The notes under the pieces were generated by a model that searched no databases, was not told where the DNA came from, and saw only the letters and a program-made list of their open reading frames with translations. 58,366 nucleotides of DNA from Candidatus Eiseniibacteriota bacterium (GTDB lineage: Bacteria > Eisenbacteria > RBG-16-71-46), in contig JBBRLX010000029.1 of NCBI GenBank assembly GCA_038231135.1, positions 1 through 58,366 on the forward strand, given 5' to 3'. A program made the translations under genes and the position numbers. Below, in pieces: positions 42,099-52,046 of this stretch. Every line of letters starts with the position of its first letter. Position 1 is the stretch's first letter.

Positions 42099-43856
42099 AT
42101 GCTCGAAGAGGCCCACGTAACCCGCACGATCCGGAGGCTCGCTCCCGACACCGCCTCGCGGATCGCCGCCGGCGAGGTGATCGAGCGCCCGCTGTCCGCA
42201 CTCAAGGAGCTCGTCGAGAACGCGCTCGACGCCGGGGCCCGCGCCATCGAGGTGCGCGTCGACGGCGCGCTCGACCACGGTTTCCAGGTCGCCGACGACG
42301 GTACCGGCATCGCCGCTCCCGAACTCGAGCTGGCGCTCGAGCGCCACGCCACGAGCAAGATCGGCGAGCTCGCCGATCTCGACCGCGTGACGACGCTGGG
42401 CTTTCGCGGCGAGGCGCTGCCGAGCATTGCCGCGGTGAGCCGCCTGAGGCTCACGAGCCGCACCGGCGAATCCGAGGGCGCGACGTTCGTGGCCGTCGAG
42501 GGCGGCGCCGTGATCGCGCGCGGCGCCGCCGCGCGCGCCGCCGGCACCACGGTCGAGGTGCGCGACCTGTTCTTCAACATCCCGGCCCGGCGGAAATTCC
42601 TCGGCACCGCCATCGGCGAGCTGCGGGCGGCCGTGCGGATGGTGGAATGCTACGGGCTCGCGTTTCCCGAGGTGGCGTTCCGGTTCGTCGTCGACGGCCG
42701 CGAGCGCATCGACTGGCCCGCCGCCGCGTCGGCGCGCGATCGCGCCGGGGCGATCTGGGGTGTGCGTCACGCCGCCCAGTTGCTCGAAGTGCTGGAGGAG
42801 CGCGACGGCGTCCGGCTGGAGGCGCTGCTCGGACTGCCGGAACACGCGCGCACCACGCGCGAGGGCCAGGTGTTCCTGATCAATCGTCGCTGGGTGCAGA
42901 ACCCGGCGCTCGGCCACGCGCTGCGCCAGGCATACGGCAACCTGCTGCCCACCGGGCGGTTTCCGTCGGCCACGCTGTGGATCACGATTTCGCCCGACCG
43001 GCTGGACGTGAACGTGCATCCGACCAAGCGCGAGGTGCGGTTCGCCGACGACCGGCCGGTGTACTCGATCGTGAAGGGGGCATGTGCGGTGCCGCTTGCG
43101 CGGCTGCATCCGCCGTTCACCGTGGTGCCCGGCGGAACTCCGGAGCCGGCGTGGGCCGACCGGGTGCGCGAGCTTCCCGGGCAGGAATCGCTGGGCCTCG
43201 AATTCGGCCGGCTTCCAGCGCCCGCGCCGGGAGCGGCGCCCGGGCAGGGACGCGGCGCGCCGCCCGGCGCTGCGGCCGCGGGCCCCGAGCCCGAGTTCTG
43301 GCAGCTGCACCGCACGTACATCCTGGCGCCGGTGCGCGGGGGACTGGTGATCGTCGACCAGCACGCGGCTCATGAGCGCATCCTGTACGAGCTGGCGCGA
43401 ACACGCCTCGAGGGCAGCAAGGCCGTCGCGCAGCAGCTGATGTTCCCGGCCGTCGTCGATCTCACGCGCACCCAGTTCGAGCAGGTGCTGGAGCTGGGCC
43501 CGTGGCTCGAACATCTGGGCTGGGACCTGTCGCTGCTGGGCCCGCCGACCGTGGTGATCCACGGCGTGCCGGCCGATTCGATCCGCGTCGACGCGGGAGA
43601 GCTCCTGCAAGATCTGCTCGACGGCGTGTCCGACGACGCGTCGCGCACCCCGCACGACGACGTGACGGAGCACCTCGCGCGCTCGTACGCCTGCCACGCC
43701 GCAATCAAGGCCGGCGACGCGATGTCGCAGGTCGAGATGCGCACGCTGGTCGACCGGCTGTTCGGCACGTCCCGGCCGCACGGCGACCCGCACGGCCGCG
43801 TCACGTTCGTGCGGCTCGAGCTCGACGAGCTGCATCGCCGGTTCGGCCGCAGCTGA
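42099..43856 (+). CDS. mutL: DNA mismatch repair protein MutL
   Basis: IAAGEVIERP, KELVENALDAG, GFRGEAL, DVNVHPTK, DQHAAHERILYE, ACHAAIK, PHGR. Confidence 0.96.
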   Translation: MLEEAHVTRTIRRLAPDTASRIAAGEVIERPLSALKELVENALDAGARAIEVRVDGALDHGFQVADDGTGIAAPELELALERHATSKIGELADLDRVTTLGFRGEALPSIAAVSRLRLTSRTGESEGATFVAVEGGAVIARGAAARAAGTTVEVRDLFFNIPARRKFLGTAIGELRAAVRMVECYGLAFPEVAFRFVVDGRERIDWPAAASARDRAGAIWGVRHAAQLLEVLEERDGVRLEALLGLPEHARTTREGQVFLINRRWVQNPALGHALRQAYGNLLPTGRFPSATLWITISPDRLDVNVHPTKREVRFADDRPVYSIVKGACAVPLARLHPPFTVVPGGTPEPAWADRVRELPGQESLGLEFGRLPAPAPGAAPGQGRGAPPGAAAAGPEPEFWQLHRTYILAPVRGGLVIVDQHAAHERILYELARTRLEGSKAVAQQLMFPAVVDLTRTQFEQVLELGPWLEHLGWDLSLLGPPTVVIHGVPADSIRVDAGELLQDLLDGVSDDASRTPHDDVTEHLARSYACHAAIKAGDAMSQVEMRTLVDRLFGTSRPHGDPHGRVTFVRLELDELHRRFGRS

Positions 43857-43864
43857 GCGGTTGA

Positions 43865-44806
43865 GTGCCTGAGGGCCGGCCGGTCGTCGTCGCCGTGGTC
43901 GGCGCCACCGCCACCGGCAAGACCGCGCTCGCGGAAGCGCTGGCGCGCGAGCTGGGCGGCGAGGTGGTGTGCGCGGATTCGCGGCAGGTGTTCCGCGAAC
44001 TGGAGATCGGCACCGGCAAGCCCACGCCCGGCGAACGCGCGGCGCTGCCGCACCATCTGTTCGACGCGTTCGCGCTGGGCGAGCGCACGAGCGCGGGCGC
44101 GTGGGCGCAGTCGGCGGCCGCGGTGTGCCGCGAGGTGGCCGCACGTGGCCACGTCCCGGTGCTGGCCGGCGGCTCGGGGCTCTACGTGCGATCGCTCCAG
44201 CACGGCATCGCCGCCGAACCGCCGCACGATTCCGCGTTGCGCGCGCGGCTGGGCGAAGTGGCGCGGACCCGGGGCGCAATGGAACTGCACGCCCAGCTCG
44301 CGGCCGTCGACCCCGAGACCGCGGCGCGGCTCGCGCCCACCGACGCCCAGCGCGTGACGCGCGCGCTCGAGGTCTGGCACGCGAGCGGCCGGCCGCTCAG
44401 CTGGTGGCAGCGCGAGCGCGCGGGAGCGCCGTTCGACGCCCGGTGGCGCACGATCGAGCTGGTGCTCGAGCCCCTGGCACTCGACCGCCGCATCGAGTCA
44501 CGCACGCGCGACATGTTCGAGCACGGGCTGATCGAGGAGACTCGGGCGCTGCTCGACGCCGGTTTCGGCGACGCGCTCGGCTCGCTCAAAGCCGTCGGCT
44601 ACGACGAGGCGATGGCGCTGATCGCAGGCGGCATCGACCGCCCCACCGCCGAACAGCTCACGTCACGCCGCACCCGCCAGCTCGCAAAGCGCCAGCGCAC
44701 CTGGTTCCGCCACCAGATCGAAGCCACCCGCCTCCCCGCCGACGTGGATCCCGCCGAACTGCTAACGCTCGCCTTCGCCATCGCCCGCCGCGACTCAGAC
44801 CCCTGA
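43865..44806 (+). CDS. miaA: tRNA dimethylallyltransferase
   Basis: GATATGKT, DSRQVF..IGTGKP, GGSGLY, TRQLAKRQRTWF; follows mutL. Confidence 0.95.
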   Translation: MPEGRPVVVAVVGATATGKTALAEALARELGGEVVCADSRQVFRELEIGTGKPTPGERAALPHHLFDAFALGERTSAGAWAQSAAAVCREVAARGHVPVLAGGSGLYVRSLQHGIAAEPPHDSALRARLGEVARTRGAMELHAQLAAVDPETAARLAPTDAQRVTRALEVWHASGRPLSWWQRERAGAPFDARWRTIELVLEPLALDRRIESRTRDMFEHGLIEETRALLDAGFGDALGSLKAVGYDEAMALIAGGIDRPTAEQLTSRRTRQLAKRQRTWFRHQIEATRLPADVDPAELLTLAFAIARRDSDP

Positions 44807-44948
44807 ACTCGCAGACCGAGAGGCGCCACGAAGAGAACGGCCCACAAGCTGAAGGCGCAGCCACAAGCCCGCAAGCCCCACCGCAGCGCGAGAGCTGCAA
44901 TCCGGTAGAATTGCTTTTCATACGGCCAGGCAAGAACAGTCGGCAACG

Positions 44949-44977
44949 TTGACACCCAACCCCACCCTGTCTAGCCT
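44949..44977 (+). promoter_or_regulatory. sigma70 promoter for tRNA-Gly/der operon
   Basis: TTGACA-17 bp-TAGCCT. Confidence 0.65.
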
Positions 44978-45001
44978 GACCCGATCCAAACGCTTACCGC
45001 C

Positions 45002-45077
45002 GCGGGCATAGCTCAGTTGGTAGAGCGCGAGCTTCCCAAGCTTGAGGTCGCGGGTTCGAACCCCGTTGCCCGCTCCA
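45002..45077 (+). tRNA. tRNA-Gly(CCC)
   Basis: 76-nt cloverleaf, anticodon loop TT-CCC-AA, GTTCGAA, encoded CCA. Confidence 0.96.
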
Positions 45078-45154
45078 ATTTCCAGCGCGCCGGCGCCGCC
45101 TTGCGGACGCCGGCGCGCCGTTTCCCGGCACCAAGAGGAACCGATCCAGCCGTC

Positions 45155-46465
45155 ATGTCCGCGCCCATCGTAGCCATCATCGGCCGGCCCAACGTGGGCA
45201 AGTCGACGTTCTTCAATCGCGTGCTCGGCGAGCGCCGTGCCGTGGTGCACGACCGGCCCGGTATCACGCGCGACCGCAACTCCGTCCGCACGGAATGGGT
45301 GGGGCGCCCGTTCGTGCTCGTCGACACCGGCGGGTTTCTGCCGACGGCGGCAGAAGGTCGCGACGCGCTGGTGCGCCATCAGGCCGAGGCGGCCATCGGC
45401 GTGGCCGATCTGGTGCTGTTCATGGTCGACGCGTCGACGGGGGCGACCGATCTCGATCGCGCGATCGCCCAGGCGCTGCGCAGCCGCGACCAGCCGACGC
45501 TGGTCGTGGTGAACAAGGTCGACAAGCCCGGCGACCCGGCGGTCCACGACTTCCACGCCATCGGGCTCGGCGAGCCGATCCCGATCTCGGCTGAGAATGG
45601 CTTCGGCATCGGCGACCTGCTCGACGAGATGATGCAGCGGCTGCCCGAGCGCGCGGGCACGACCGAGCCCGACCATGCGCGCGTCGCGATCATCGGCCGG
45701 CCCAACGTCGGCAAGTCGTCGATCGTGAACGCATTGCTGGGGGAGGAGCGCATGATCGTCGAACCGACCGCGGGCACCACGCTCGATCCGGTGGACAGCG
45801 AGTGGCGGTCGCCGGCCGGCACGTTCATCCTGGTCGACACGGCGGGCATCCGCCGCCAGTCGCACTATGGCGATCCCAGCGAGTTCTACGCCACGGTGCG
45901 CGCGCTCCATGCGCTCGAGCGCGCGGACATCGCGTGCCTGGTCGTGGACGTGACGGAAGGGTTCCGTGCCCAGGAGGCGCGGCTCGCGCACAGCGCGCTC
46001 GACGCCGGGTGCTCGGTGCTCGTGCTCTACAACAAGTGGGATCTCGTCGACAATCGCGAGCAGGAATGGAAGAACCTGGCCGAGACCCGCACTCGCCGCT
46101 ATCCGACCCTCGGCGACCTGCCGGCGATCGCGGTTTCGGCCACCCAGGGCCTGCACCTCGCGAAATTGCCGGAACTGATCGCCAAGCGCGTCGAGGAGCA
46201 CGGTCGCAAGATCCCCACCTCGGGGCTCAATCGCTGGATCCAGGACGTGCAGCGGCGGCGCGCCGTGCCGTCGACCAAGGCCGGCCGGGTGCCGCGGCTC
46301 TACTACGTGACCCAGTCGGGCACCCGTCCGCCCGAGCTCACGTTGTTCGTGAACGCGCCGCACCGGTTGTCCGAGGCCTATCGCCGCTACCTGTGGCTCG
46401 ATTTCACGAGCACGTTCGGCTTTCACGGCACGCCGGTACGCCTTAAGGTGCGCAAGAGCGACTGA
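45155..46465 (+). CDS. der: ribosome biogenesis GTPase Der (EngA)
   Basis: Two GRPNVGKS G-domains, DTGG/DTAG, NKVD/NKWD, KH-like end GTPVRL. Confidence 0.96.
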   Translation: MSAPIVAIIGRPNVGKSTFFNRVLGERRAVVHDRPGITRDRNSVRTEWVGRPFVLVDTGGFLPTAAEGRDALVRHQAEAAIGVADLVLFMVDASTGATDLDRAIAQALRSRDQPTLVVVNKVDKPGDPAVHDFHAIGLGEPIPISAENGFGIGDLLDEMMQRLPERAGTTEPDHARVAIIGRPNVGKSSIVNALLGEERMIVEPTAGTTLDPVDSEWRSPAGTFILVDTAGIRRQSHYGDPSEFYATVRALHALERADIACLVVDVTEGFRAQEARLAHSALDAGCSVLVLYNKWDLVDNREQEWKNLAETRTRRYPTLGDLPAIAVSATQGLHLAKLPELIAKRVEEHGRKIPTSGLNRWIQDVQRRRAVPSTKAGRVPRLYYVTQSGTRPPELTLFVNAPHRLSEAYRRYLWLDFTSTFGFHGTPVRLKVRKSD

Positions 46466-46520
46466 GGCTCCCAGTCCGGCGCCCACCCGGTGCGCCGGCA
46501 GTCGCGACCCTGGAGGAGCA

Positions 46521-47153
46521 GTGATCGGCTCGATCGTCGCCACGCTCGCGATCGGTTATGCGTGCGGCTCGCTGCCCTTCGGATTGTGGCTCGGGCGGGC
46601 GTTTCGCGGCGTCGACGTGCGCACGGTGGGGTCGGGCAATCTCGGGGCGACGAACGTGTTCCGCACGCTCGGCCGGGGACTCGGGATCGCGACGCTGGTG
46701 CTCGACATGGCGAAGGGCGCGATCCCGGTGGCGGTGCTGCCGCATACATCGCTGGGGTCCGCGTTCCCCGGCGGCCCTGCGGCGTGTGCGATCGCCACCG
46801 GGCTCGCCGCGATTCTTGGCCACATGTTCACGTTCCTCGCGGGATTCCGCGGCGGCAAGGGCGTGGCGACCACGGCCGGCGTGGTGCTGGCGCTCGACCC
46901 GGTGGCGTTCGCCGTGGCCGCTAGCATGTTCGTGCTCACGGTGGCGATCACCCGGTACATCTCCGTGGGCTCGATCGCGGCGGCGGTCGTGTTCGCCGGA
47001 GTCGTGGCACTGCGCGCCCACGGCGCCGGCGCGCCGCTCGCGATCGGCTTCGCCGCGCTGGTGGCGCTGCTGGTGATCGTGCGGCATCGCGACAACATCG
47101 GGCGCCTGCGCCGGGGCGAGGAACGGCGCTTCACATGGAGCCGCGCCCGGTGA
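46521..47153 (+). CDS. plsY: glycerol-3-phosphate acyltransferase PlsY
   Basis: GSGNLGATN, GHMF..FRGGKGVAT, RHRDNIGRL. Confidence 0.95.
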   Translation: MIGSIVATLAIGYACGSLPFGLWLGRAFRGVDVRTVGSGNLGATNVFRTLGRGLGIATLVLDMAKGAIPVAVLPHTSLGSAFPGGPAACAIATGLAAILGHMFTFLAGFRGGKGVATTAGVVLALDPVAFAVAASMFVLTVAITRYISVGSIAAAVVFAGVVALRAHGAGAPLAIGFAALVALLVIVRHRDNIGRLRRGEERRFTWSRAR

Positions 47154-48139
47154 GCCGCGCGTGCGTGCTCGGCGCCGGGTCGTTCGGCACCACGCTCGCC
47201 GTACATCTGGCCAATGCCGGCCACGACATCCGGCTGTGGGGCAATAACGTCGGCGACCTGGCGGCCCTCGAACGGGACCGCGAGAACCGGAAGTTTTTGC
47301 CTGGCATTGCCCTGCCGGACGGCGTTAAGGTTCGGCTGGAACTTGAAGCGGCGCTCGAGGGCACGGAGTTCGTGCTGTTCGTGGTGCCGTCTCAAGCGAT
47401 GCGTGAAGTGGCCCAACGCGTGCGGGGCACGGGTTGCCGGGCGATTCCGGTGTGCGCCAGCAAGGGCCTCGAACAGCATACGCGCCGCCGCCTGAGCGAG
47501 GTGCTGGCCGAGGAACTCGGGGACCCGGCGCCGGTGGTGCTGACGGGGCCCAGTCATGCGGAGGAAGTGAGTCGCGGCATCCCCACCTCGGTGGTGGCGG
47601 CGGCCGCGGACATGGATCGGGCGCGCGCGGTGCAGGTGCTGTGCTCGACCGAGCGGTTCCGGATCTACACGAACACCGACGTGTGTGGCTGCGAGATGGC
47701 CGCGGCGCTCAAGAACGTGATCGCGGTGGCGGCGGGGGTGTGCGACGGCGTCGGATTCGGGGACAACACGAAGGGTGCATTGCTCACGCGCGGGCTCGCG
47801 GAGATCTCGCGACTCGGTGTGGCGATGGGCGGCCGGCGCGAGACGTTCTTCGGCCTCGCGGGTCTGGGCGACCTGGTGGCCACCGCGACCAGTCGTCACA
47901 GCCGCAATCGCGGGGTCGGTGAACGACTCGGCCGCGGTGAATCGCTGGACCAGGTGATGGGAGACATGGTGATGGTGGCGGAGGGTGTGCATACGGCCCG
48001 CGCCGCGCGGGATCTCGGCCGTGCGCACGGTGTCGAGCTGCCGATCACCGAACAGGTGTGCGCGTTGCTGTTCGAGGGACGCTCGCCGCGCGCGGCGCTG
48101 CAGGCCCTCATGACGCGCGGTCTCAAGGACGAGGATTGA
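47150..48139 (+). CDS. gpsA: NAD(P)H-dependent glycerol-3-phosphate dehydrogenase
   Basis: GAGSFGT, SKGLE, GPSHAEEV, LKNVIA, GLGDLVAT..SRN. Confidence 0.95.
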   Translation: MSRACVLGAGSFGTTLAVHLANAGHDIRLWGNNVGDLAALERDRENRKFLPGIALPDGVKVRLELEAALEGTEFVLFVVPSQAMREVAQRVRGTGCRAIPVCASKGLEQHTRRRLSEVLAEELGDPAPVVLTGPSHAEEVSRGIPTSVVAAAADMDRARAVQVLCSTERFRIYTNTDVCGCEMAAALKNVIAVAAGVCDGVGFGDNTKGALLTRGLAEISRLGVAMGGRRETFFGLAGLGDLVATATSRHSRNRGVGERLGRGESLDQVMGDMVMVAEGVHTARAARDLGRAHGVELPITEQVCALLFEGRSPRAALQALMTRGLKDED

Positions 48140-48171
48140 TGGCGGGTTCGGAGGTCGGAAGGAGGCAGGAC

Positions 48172-48564
48172 GTGACGGCGCTCAAGGCGGATCCCGACTT
48201 CAGGTTGTACCGGCCGATCAGCGAAGTGAGTGAGCTCGTCGGCGTGAAGCCGCACGTGCTGCGTTACTGGGAGACGCAGTTCAGCATGTTGCGTCCCAAG
48301 AAGAACCGCGCCGGGAATCGCATGTACCGGCCCGAAGAAGTGAAGATGCTGATGCGCATCAAGGATTTGCTCTATGCCCGGCGCTTCACGATCGAAGGCG
48401 CCAAGAAGCGGCTGCTGGAGGAGCGCAAGGACACGCCGCAGGCGGAGCTGGTGTTCACCAAACCCCCGGGTCCGGCCACCACGACCACCGCCGGACCGAT
48501 CGCCCGGATCTTGCTGCACGAGATCAAGGCTGAGCTCCGCGCGCTGCTCGTGAAGCTCCGGTAG
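48172..48564 (+). CDS. MerR-family transcriptional regulator
   Basis: ISEVSELVGVKPHVLRYWETQF, RMYR, FTIEGAKK; AAGGAGG RBS (alternative ATG at 48139). Confidence 0.9.
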   Translation: MTALKADPDFRLYRPISEVSELVGVKPHVLRYWETQFSMLRPKKNRAGNRMYRPEEVKMLMRIKDLLYARRFTIEGAKKRLLEERKDTPQAELVFTKPPGPATTTTAGPIARILLHEIKAELRALLVKLR

Positions 48565-48640
48565 CAGCCGAATCGGCCCGCGCCGACTTGCGGCAACTGC
48601 CGCCGTGGCATAACTTGTCGAGGAGAGTCAGACCTCCGGT

Positions 48641-48717
48641 CGGGGCGTAGCGCAGCCCGGTAGCGCACCTGCATGGGGGGCAGGTGGTCGCTGGTTCAAA
48701 TCCAGTCGCCCCGACCA
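48641..48717 (+). tRNA. tRNA-Pro(GGG), with G at position 38
   Basis: 77-nt cloverleaf CGGGGCG...CGCCCCGACCA; anticodon stem CCTGC/GCAGG, loop AT-GGG-GG. Confidence 0.9.
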
Positions 48718-48767
48718 TTTTCGTTCGCCGCGGCCGCCGCCCGGCACAGCGGCACCCCCGCCACCGG

Positions 48768-49712
48768 ATGGATTTGAGGCACGTGCGCAGCCCTCGAACG
48801 GATCGCACCCCAGTTCCGATCTGGCTCGCAGCCACAGCCCAACTGCGGGACCGGCTGGCATGGCTGCCCTACGCGCTCGCCGATGTCTGCGCCCGGACGC
48901 TGCCGCGCCCGCTGCTGGAAACGGTCGCCCGCGCCGCGGCCCGGCTCGCGTTCGCCCTGCGCGTCCCCGCGCGGGCCCGGCTGGAGGCCAACCTCGCGCG
49001 TGTGCTCGGCGCCGCAGGTCACCCGGACGCGCCAGGGGCCGCGCGTCCGCCCGGCCGCGCGTCCGCCGCGGTGCGCCGCACCGCGCGTGAGGCGTTCGAG
49101 GAGTTCGCGCTCACGTTCCTCGACTTCCTCACGTTATCCCGGCTCGCGCGCCCGGCGCTCGAGCGCGGCATCGTCGTGAGCGGTGCCGAGCACCTCGCGC
49201 ATGCGCGAGGCACCGGGCGCGGCGTGATCGTGCTGTCGGTGCACGCCGGCAACTGGGAATGGGGCGCGGCGTGGCTGGCGTCGCGCGGCACGCCGGTGCG
49301 CGTCGTGGCACGTCCGCACGCGAGCGCCAAGGTCGAACGGTTCTTCGCGCGGCGCCGCGCGGCGTGGGGCGTGTCGCGACTGTGCGGGCGGCCGTTGTGG
49401 CGGGACGCGTCCGACGCGCTGCGCCGCAGCGAGTGGGTGGCGTTGATGGGCGACCGGCCGTCCCACGGCGCCCGCGGTTCGCTGTGCGCCTGGGCCGCCG
49501 CGCTCGCGCGCCGTACCGGAGCGATCGTGCTGCCCGCCGCCATGACGCGGTTGCCCGACGGCCGCTACCTCGCGTCGTTCGAGCCGCCGCTCGACGCGGC
49601 CGCGTGTGCCGCCGTTGGGTTCCGCGACGTCATGCTGCGGCAGGTGCGCCGCGCGCCCGGGCAATGGTTCGCGTTCGAGCCGCTCGCCGAAACGATCGCG
49701 GGCTCCGCGTGA
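48768..49712 (+). CDS. LpxL/PatA-family lipid acyltransferase
   Basis: GRGVIVLSVHAGNWEW, ALMGDR, PGQWF; start uncertain. Confidence 0.8.
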   Translation: MDLRHVRSPRTDRTPVPIWLAATAQLRDRLAWLPYALADVCARTLPRPLLETVARAAARLAFALRVPARARLEANLARVLGAAGHPDAPGAARPPGRASAAVRRTAREAFEEFALTFLDFLTLSRLARPALERGIVVSGAEHLAHARGTGRGVIVLSVHAGNWEWGAAWLASRGTPVRVVARPHASAKVERFFARRRAAWGVSRLCGRPLWRDASDALRRSEWVALMGDRPSHGARGSLCAWAAALARRTGAIVLPAAMTRLPDGRYLASFEPPLDAAACAAVGFRDVMLRQVRRAPGQWFAFEPLAETIAGSA

Positions 49713-50419
49713 AGGTGGCCGCGCTGGTGCCCGCCTACCAGGCGGCGGCGCACCTGGGAGAGGTGCTGCTCGGCCTCGCGGCGCTCGCGCCGCCGCCCGA
49801 CGTGCTGGTGGTGGACGATGGCTCGCGCGACGGCACCGCCGAGGTCGCGCGCCAGTTCGGCGCCCGCGTCCACTCGTTCGCGGCGAATCGCGGCAAGGGT
49901 CACGCGCTGCTCGCGGGCTTTGGGCTGCTCGAGGACTACGACGCCGTCGTGACGCTGGACGCCGATGGCCAGCATCCGCCGGCGTGCTTCCCGCAGTTCG
50001 TGCGTGCCGGCGAGGCGGGGGCGGATCTCGTGCTCGGCGCCCGCGCCCGCACCGGCGACATGCCGCTGGGCCGGCGGTTCGCAAACGGCTTCTCGTCGGG
50101 CTGGACCGCGCGGCTCGCCGGCCAGCGCGTGAGCGACAGCCAGTGCGGGTACCGGCTGTATGCGCGCGCCCTGCTGGCCCGGACCCCGAGCACTCCCGGC
50201 CGCTACGAGGTCGAGACCGAGGTGATCGTGCGTGCCGCACGGCTGGGATTCCGGATCGCGGAGGTCGAGATCCCGACGGTGTACGGCAGCGAACAGAGTC
50301 AGCTCCACCCGTTCCGCGACGTGCCGCGCATCCTGGGCACGCTCGGCCGGCTGACGTTCGAAGGCATGTTTCCGCCACCCGACATGCGTGCCGCGGCGCT
50401 TGGGCGCCGCACCCGGTGA
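49709..50419 (+). CDS. glycosyltransferase family 2 (DPM1-like)
   Basis: VPAYQ, VVDDGSRDGT, NRGKG, TLDADGQHPP, DSQCGYR. Confidence 0.9.
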   Translation: MKVAALVPAYQAAAHLGEVLLGLAALAPPPDVLVVDDGSRDGTAEVARQFGARVHSFAANRGKGHALLAGFGLLEDYDAVVTLDADGQHPPACFPQFVRAGEAGADLVLGARARTGDMPLGRRFANGFSSGWTARLAGQRVSDSQCGYRLYARALLARTPSTPGRYEVETEVIVRAARLGFRIAEVEIPTVYGSEQSQLHPFRDVPRILGTLGRLTFEGMFPPPDMRAAALGRRTR

Positions 50420-50429
50420 GCGCCACGCC

Positions 50430-51176
50430 ATGCTGATCCTGGTCTCGAACGATGACGGCATCTTCGCGCCCGCGCTGCGGCGGCTGAAGGCCGAGCTCGA
50501 GCCGCTCGGCCGCGTGGTGATCGTGGCGCCGGACCGCGACCAGAGCGCGACGTCGCATTCGCTCACGCTGCACCGGCCGTTTCGCATCCACCGGCACGAG
50601 CCCGACGTCTACAGTGTCGACGGTACGCCGACCGACTGCGTGGTCACCGCGTTCCATGGCCTGCTCGACGCGCGGCCCGACATGGTGGTGTCGGGCATCA
50701 ACCACGGGCCGAACATGGGAGAGGACGTGTTCTATTCCGGCACCGTCGCCGCCGCGCTCGAAGGCACGCTGCAGGGCGTGCCGTCGATCGCGGCGTCGCT
50801 GGTCACCCGTGAGCTCACCGACTTCGGCGAGCCGGCGCGGTTCGTGGGCGGGCTGGCGCGCCGGGTGCTCGATTTGGGGCTCGCCCCGCGCCAGCTGCTC
50901 AACGTCAACATGCCGCACCGGCCGTGGGCCGAGGTGCGGGGCGTGAAGGTCACGCGGCTCGGCAGCCGCCGCTACCAGGACACGCTGATCCGCAAGGTGG
51001 ACCCGCGTGGTCGCGACTACTATTGGATCGGCGGCGAGGATCCGGTATGGGAGCCGCTCGAGGGCAGCGACTTCCATGCCGTGCACGACGGCTGGGTCTC
51101 GGTCACGCCGATGCGGCTCGAACTGACCGACGAAGCGGCGGTCGAGAGCATGCGCAACTGGGGGCTGGAAAAATGA
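50430..51176 (+). CDS. surE: 5'/3'-nucleotidase SurE
   Basis: ILVSNDDGI, DGTPTDCV, SGINHGPN, YSGTVAAA. Confidence 0.96.
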   Translation: MLILVSNDDGIFAPALRRLKAELEPLGRVVIVAPDRDQSATSHSLTLHRPFRIHRHEPDVYSVDGTPTDCVVTAFHGLLDARPDMVVSGINHGPNMGEDVFYSGTVAAALEGTLQGVPSIAASLVTRELTDFGEPARFVGGLARRVLDLGLAPRQLLNVNMPHRPWAEVRGVKVTRLGSRRYQDTLIRKVDPRGRDYYWIGGEDPVWEPLEGSDFHAVHDGWVSVTPMRLELTDEAAVESMRNWGLEK

Positions 51177-51859
51177 TCGACTCCCCGGGGGCGCCGGCAG
51201 ACGCGTATTCGGTCGCGCGGCGTCGCATGGTGGAGGATCAGCTGGCAGCGCGCGGCATCGAGGATCGCCGCGTGCTGGCCGCGATGGCGGCGGTGCCGCG
51301 GCATGTGTTCGTGGATCCCGGGCTGCAGCATCGCGCCTACGGGGATCACGCGTTGCCGACCGCGTCGGGCCAGACGATCTCGCAGCCGTACATCGTAGCG
51401 CGCATGCTGGAGCTGGCGGGGCTCGAGGCCCACCATCGCGTGCTCGAGATCGGCACCGGCAGCGGCTACCAGACGCTGCTGCTGTCGTCGCTCGTCGAGC
51501 GGGTGTTCAGCGTGGAACGCGTGGCCGAGCTGCTGCGCCATGCGCAACGGCGGCTCGACGCCGCGGCCGCGCGCAACGTGGCGCTGCGTCACGGTGACGG
51601 CAGCCTCGGCTGGCAGGACTTTGCACCCTATGATAGGGTCCTCGTCGCCGCTGCGGCACCCCGTGTTCCCGACGCCTTGCGCGCTCAGTTGGGGGAACGG
51701 GGTGTTCTCGTTCTGCCCGTGGGCGGTGCGCAGTCCCAGCATCTCGAGGTGTGGACGCGCGGCCGGGACGGCTCGTGGCAGAGCCGCATACACGACGAGT
51801 GCCGATTCGTTCCGCTGCTGGGCCACGACGCCTGGCGGAGCGAGCCGGAACCAACATGA
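51173..51859 (+). CDS. pcm: protein-L-isoaspartate O-methyltransferase
   Basis: [29 protein letters not shown]. Confidence 0.95.
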   Translation: MIDSPGAPADAYSVARRRMVEDQLAARGIEDRRVLAAMAAVPRHVFVDPGLQHRAYGDHALPTASGQTISQPYIVARMLELAGLEAHHRVLEIGTGSGYQTLLLSSLVERVFSVERVAELLRHAQRRLDAAAARNVALRHGDGSLGWQDFAPYDRVLVAAAAPRVPDALRAQLGERGVLVLPVGGAQSQHLEVWTRGRDGSWQSRIHDECRFVPLLGHDAWRSEPEPT

Positions 51860-51866
51860 ACGTTGT

Positions 51867-51943
<77 letters not shown>

Positions 51944-52046
51944 TTTCATTCGGGCGACGGCGATCGAGTCGCCCGATTTCGTTGCATGGCCGTTCGTCCG
52001 CGCCGCGCAGGATCGCGCCCGCGCAGTCCACCCGGTGACGAGATCG

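Noticed and set aside
45017..45154. N-terminal extensions of der, the acyltransferase (from 48684) and the sigma factor (from 51540) in the ORF track
   Set aside because: They run through tRNA genes; true starts lie downstream
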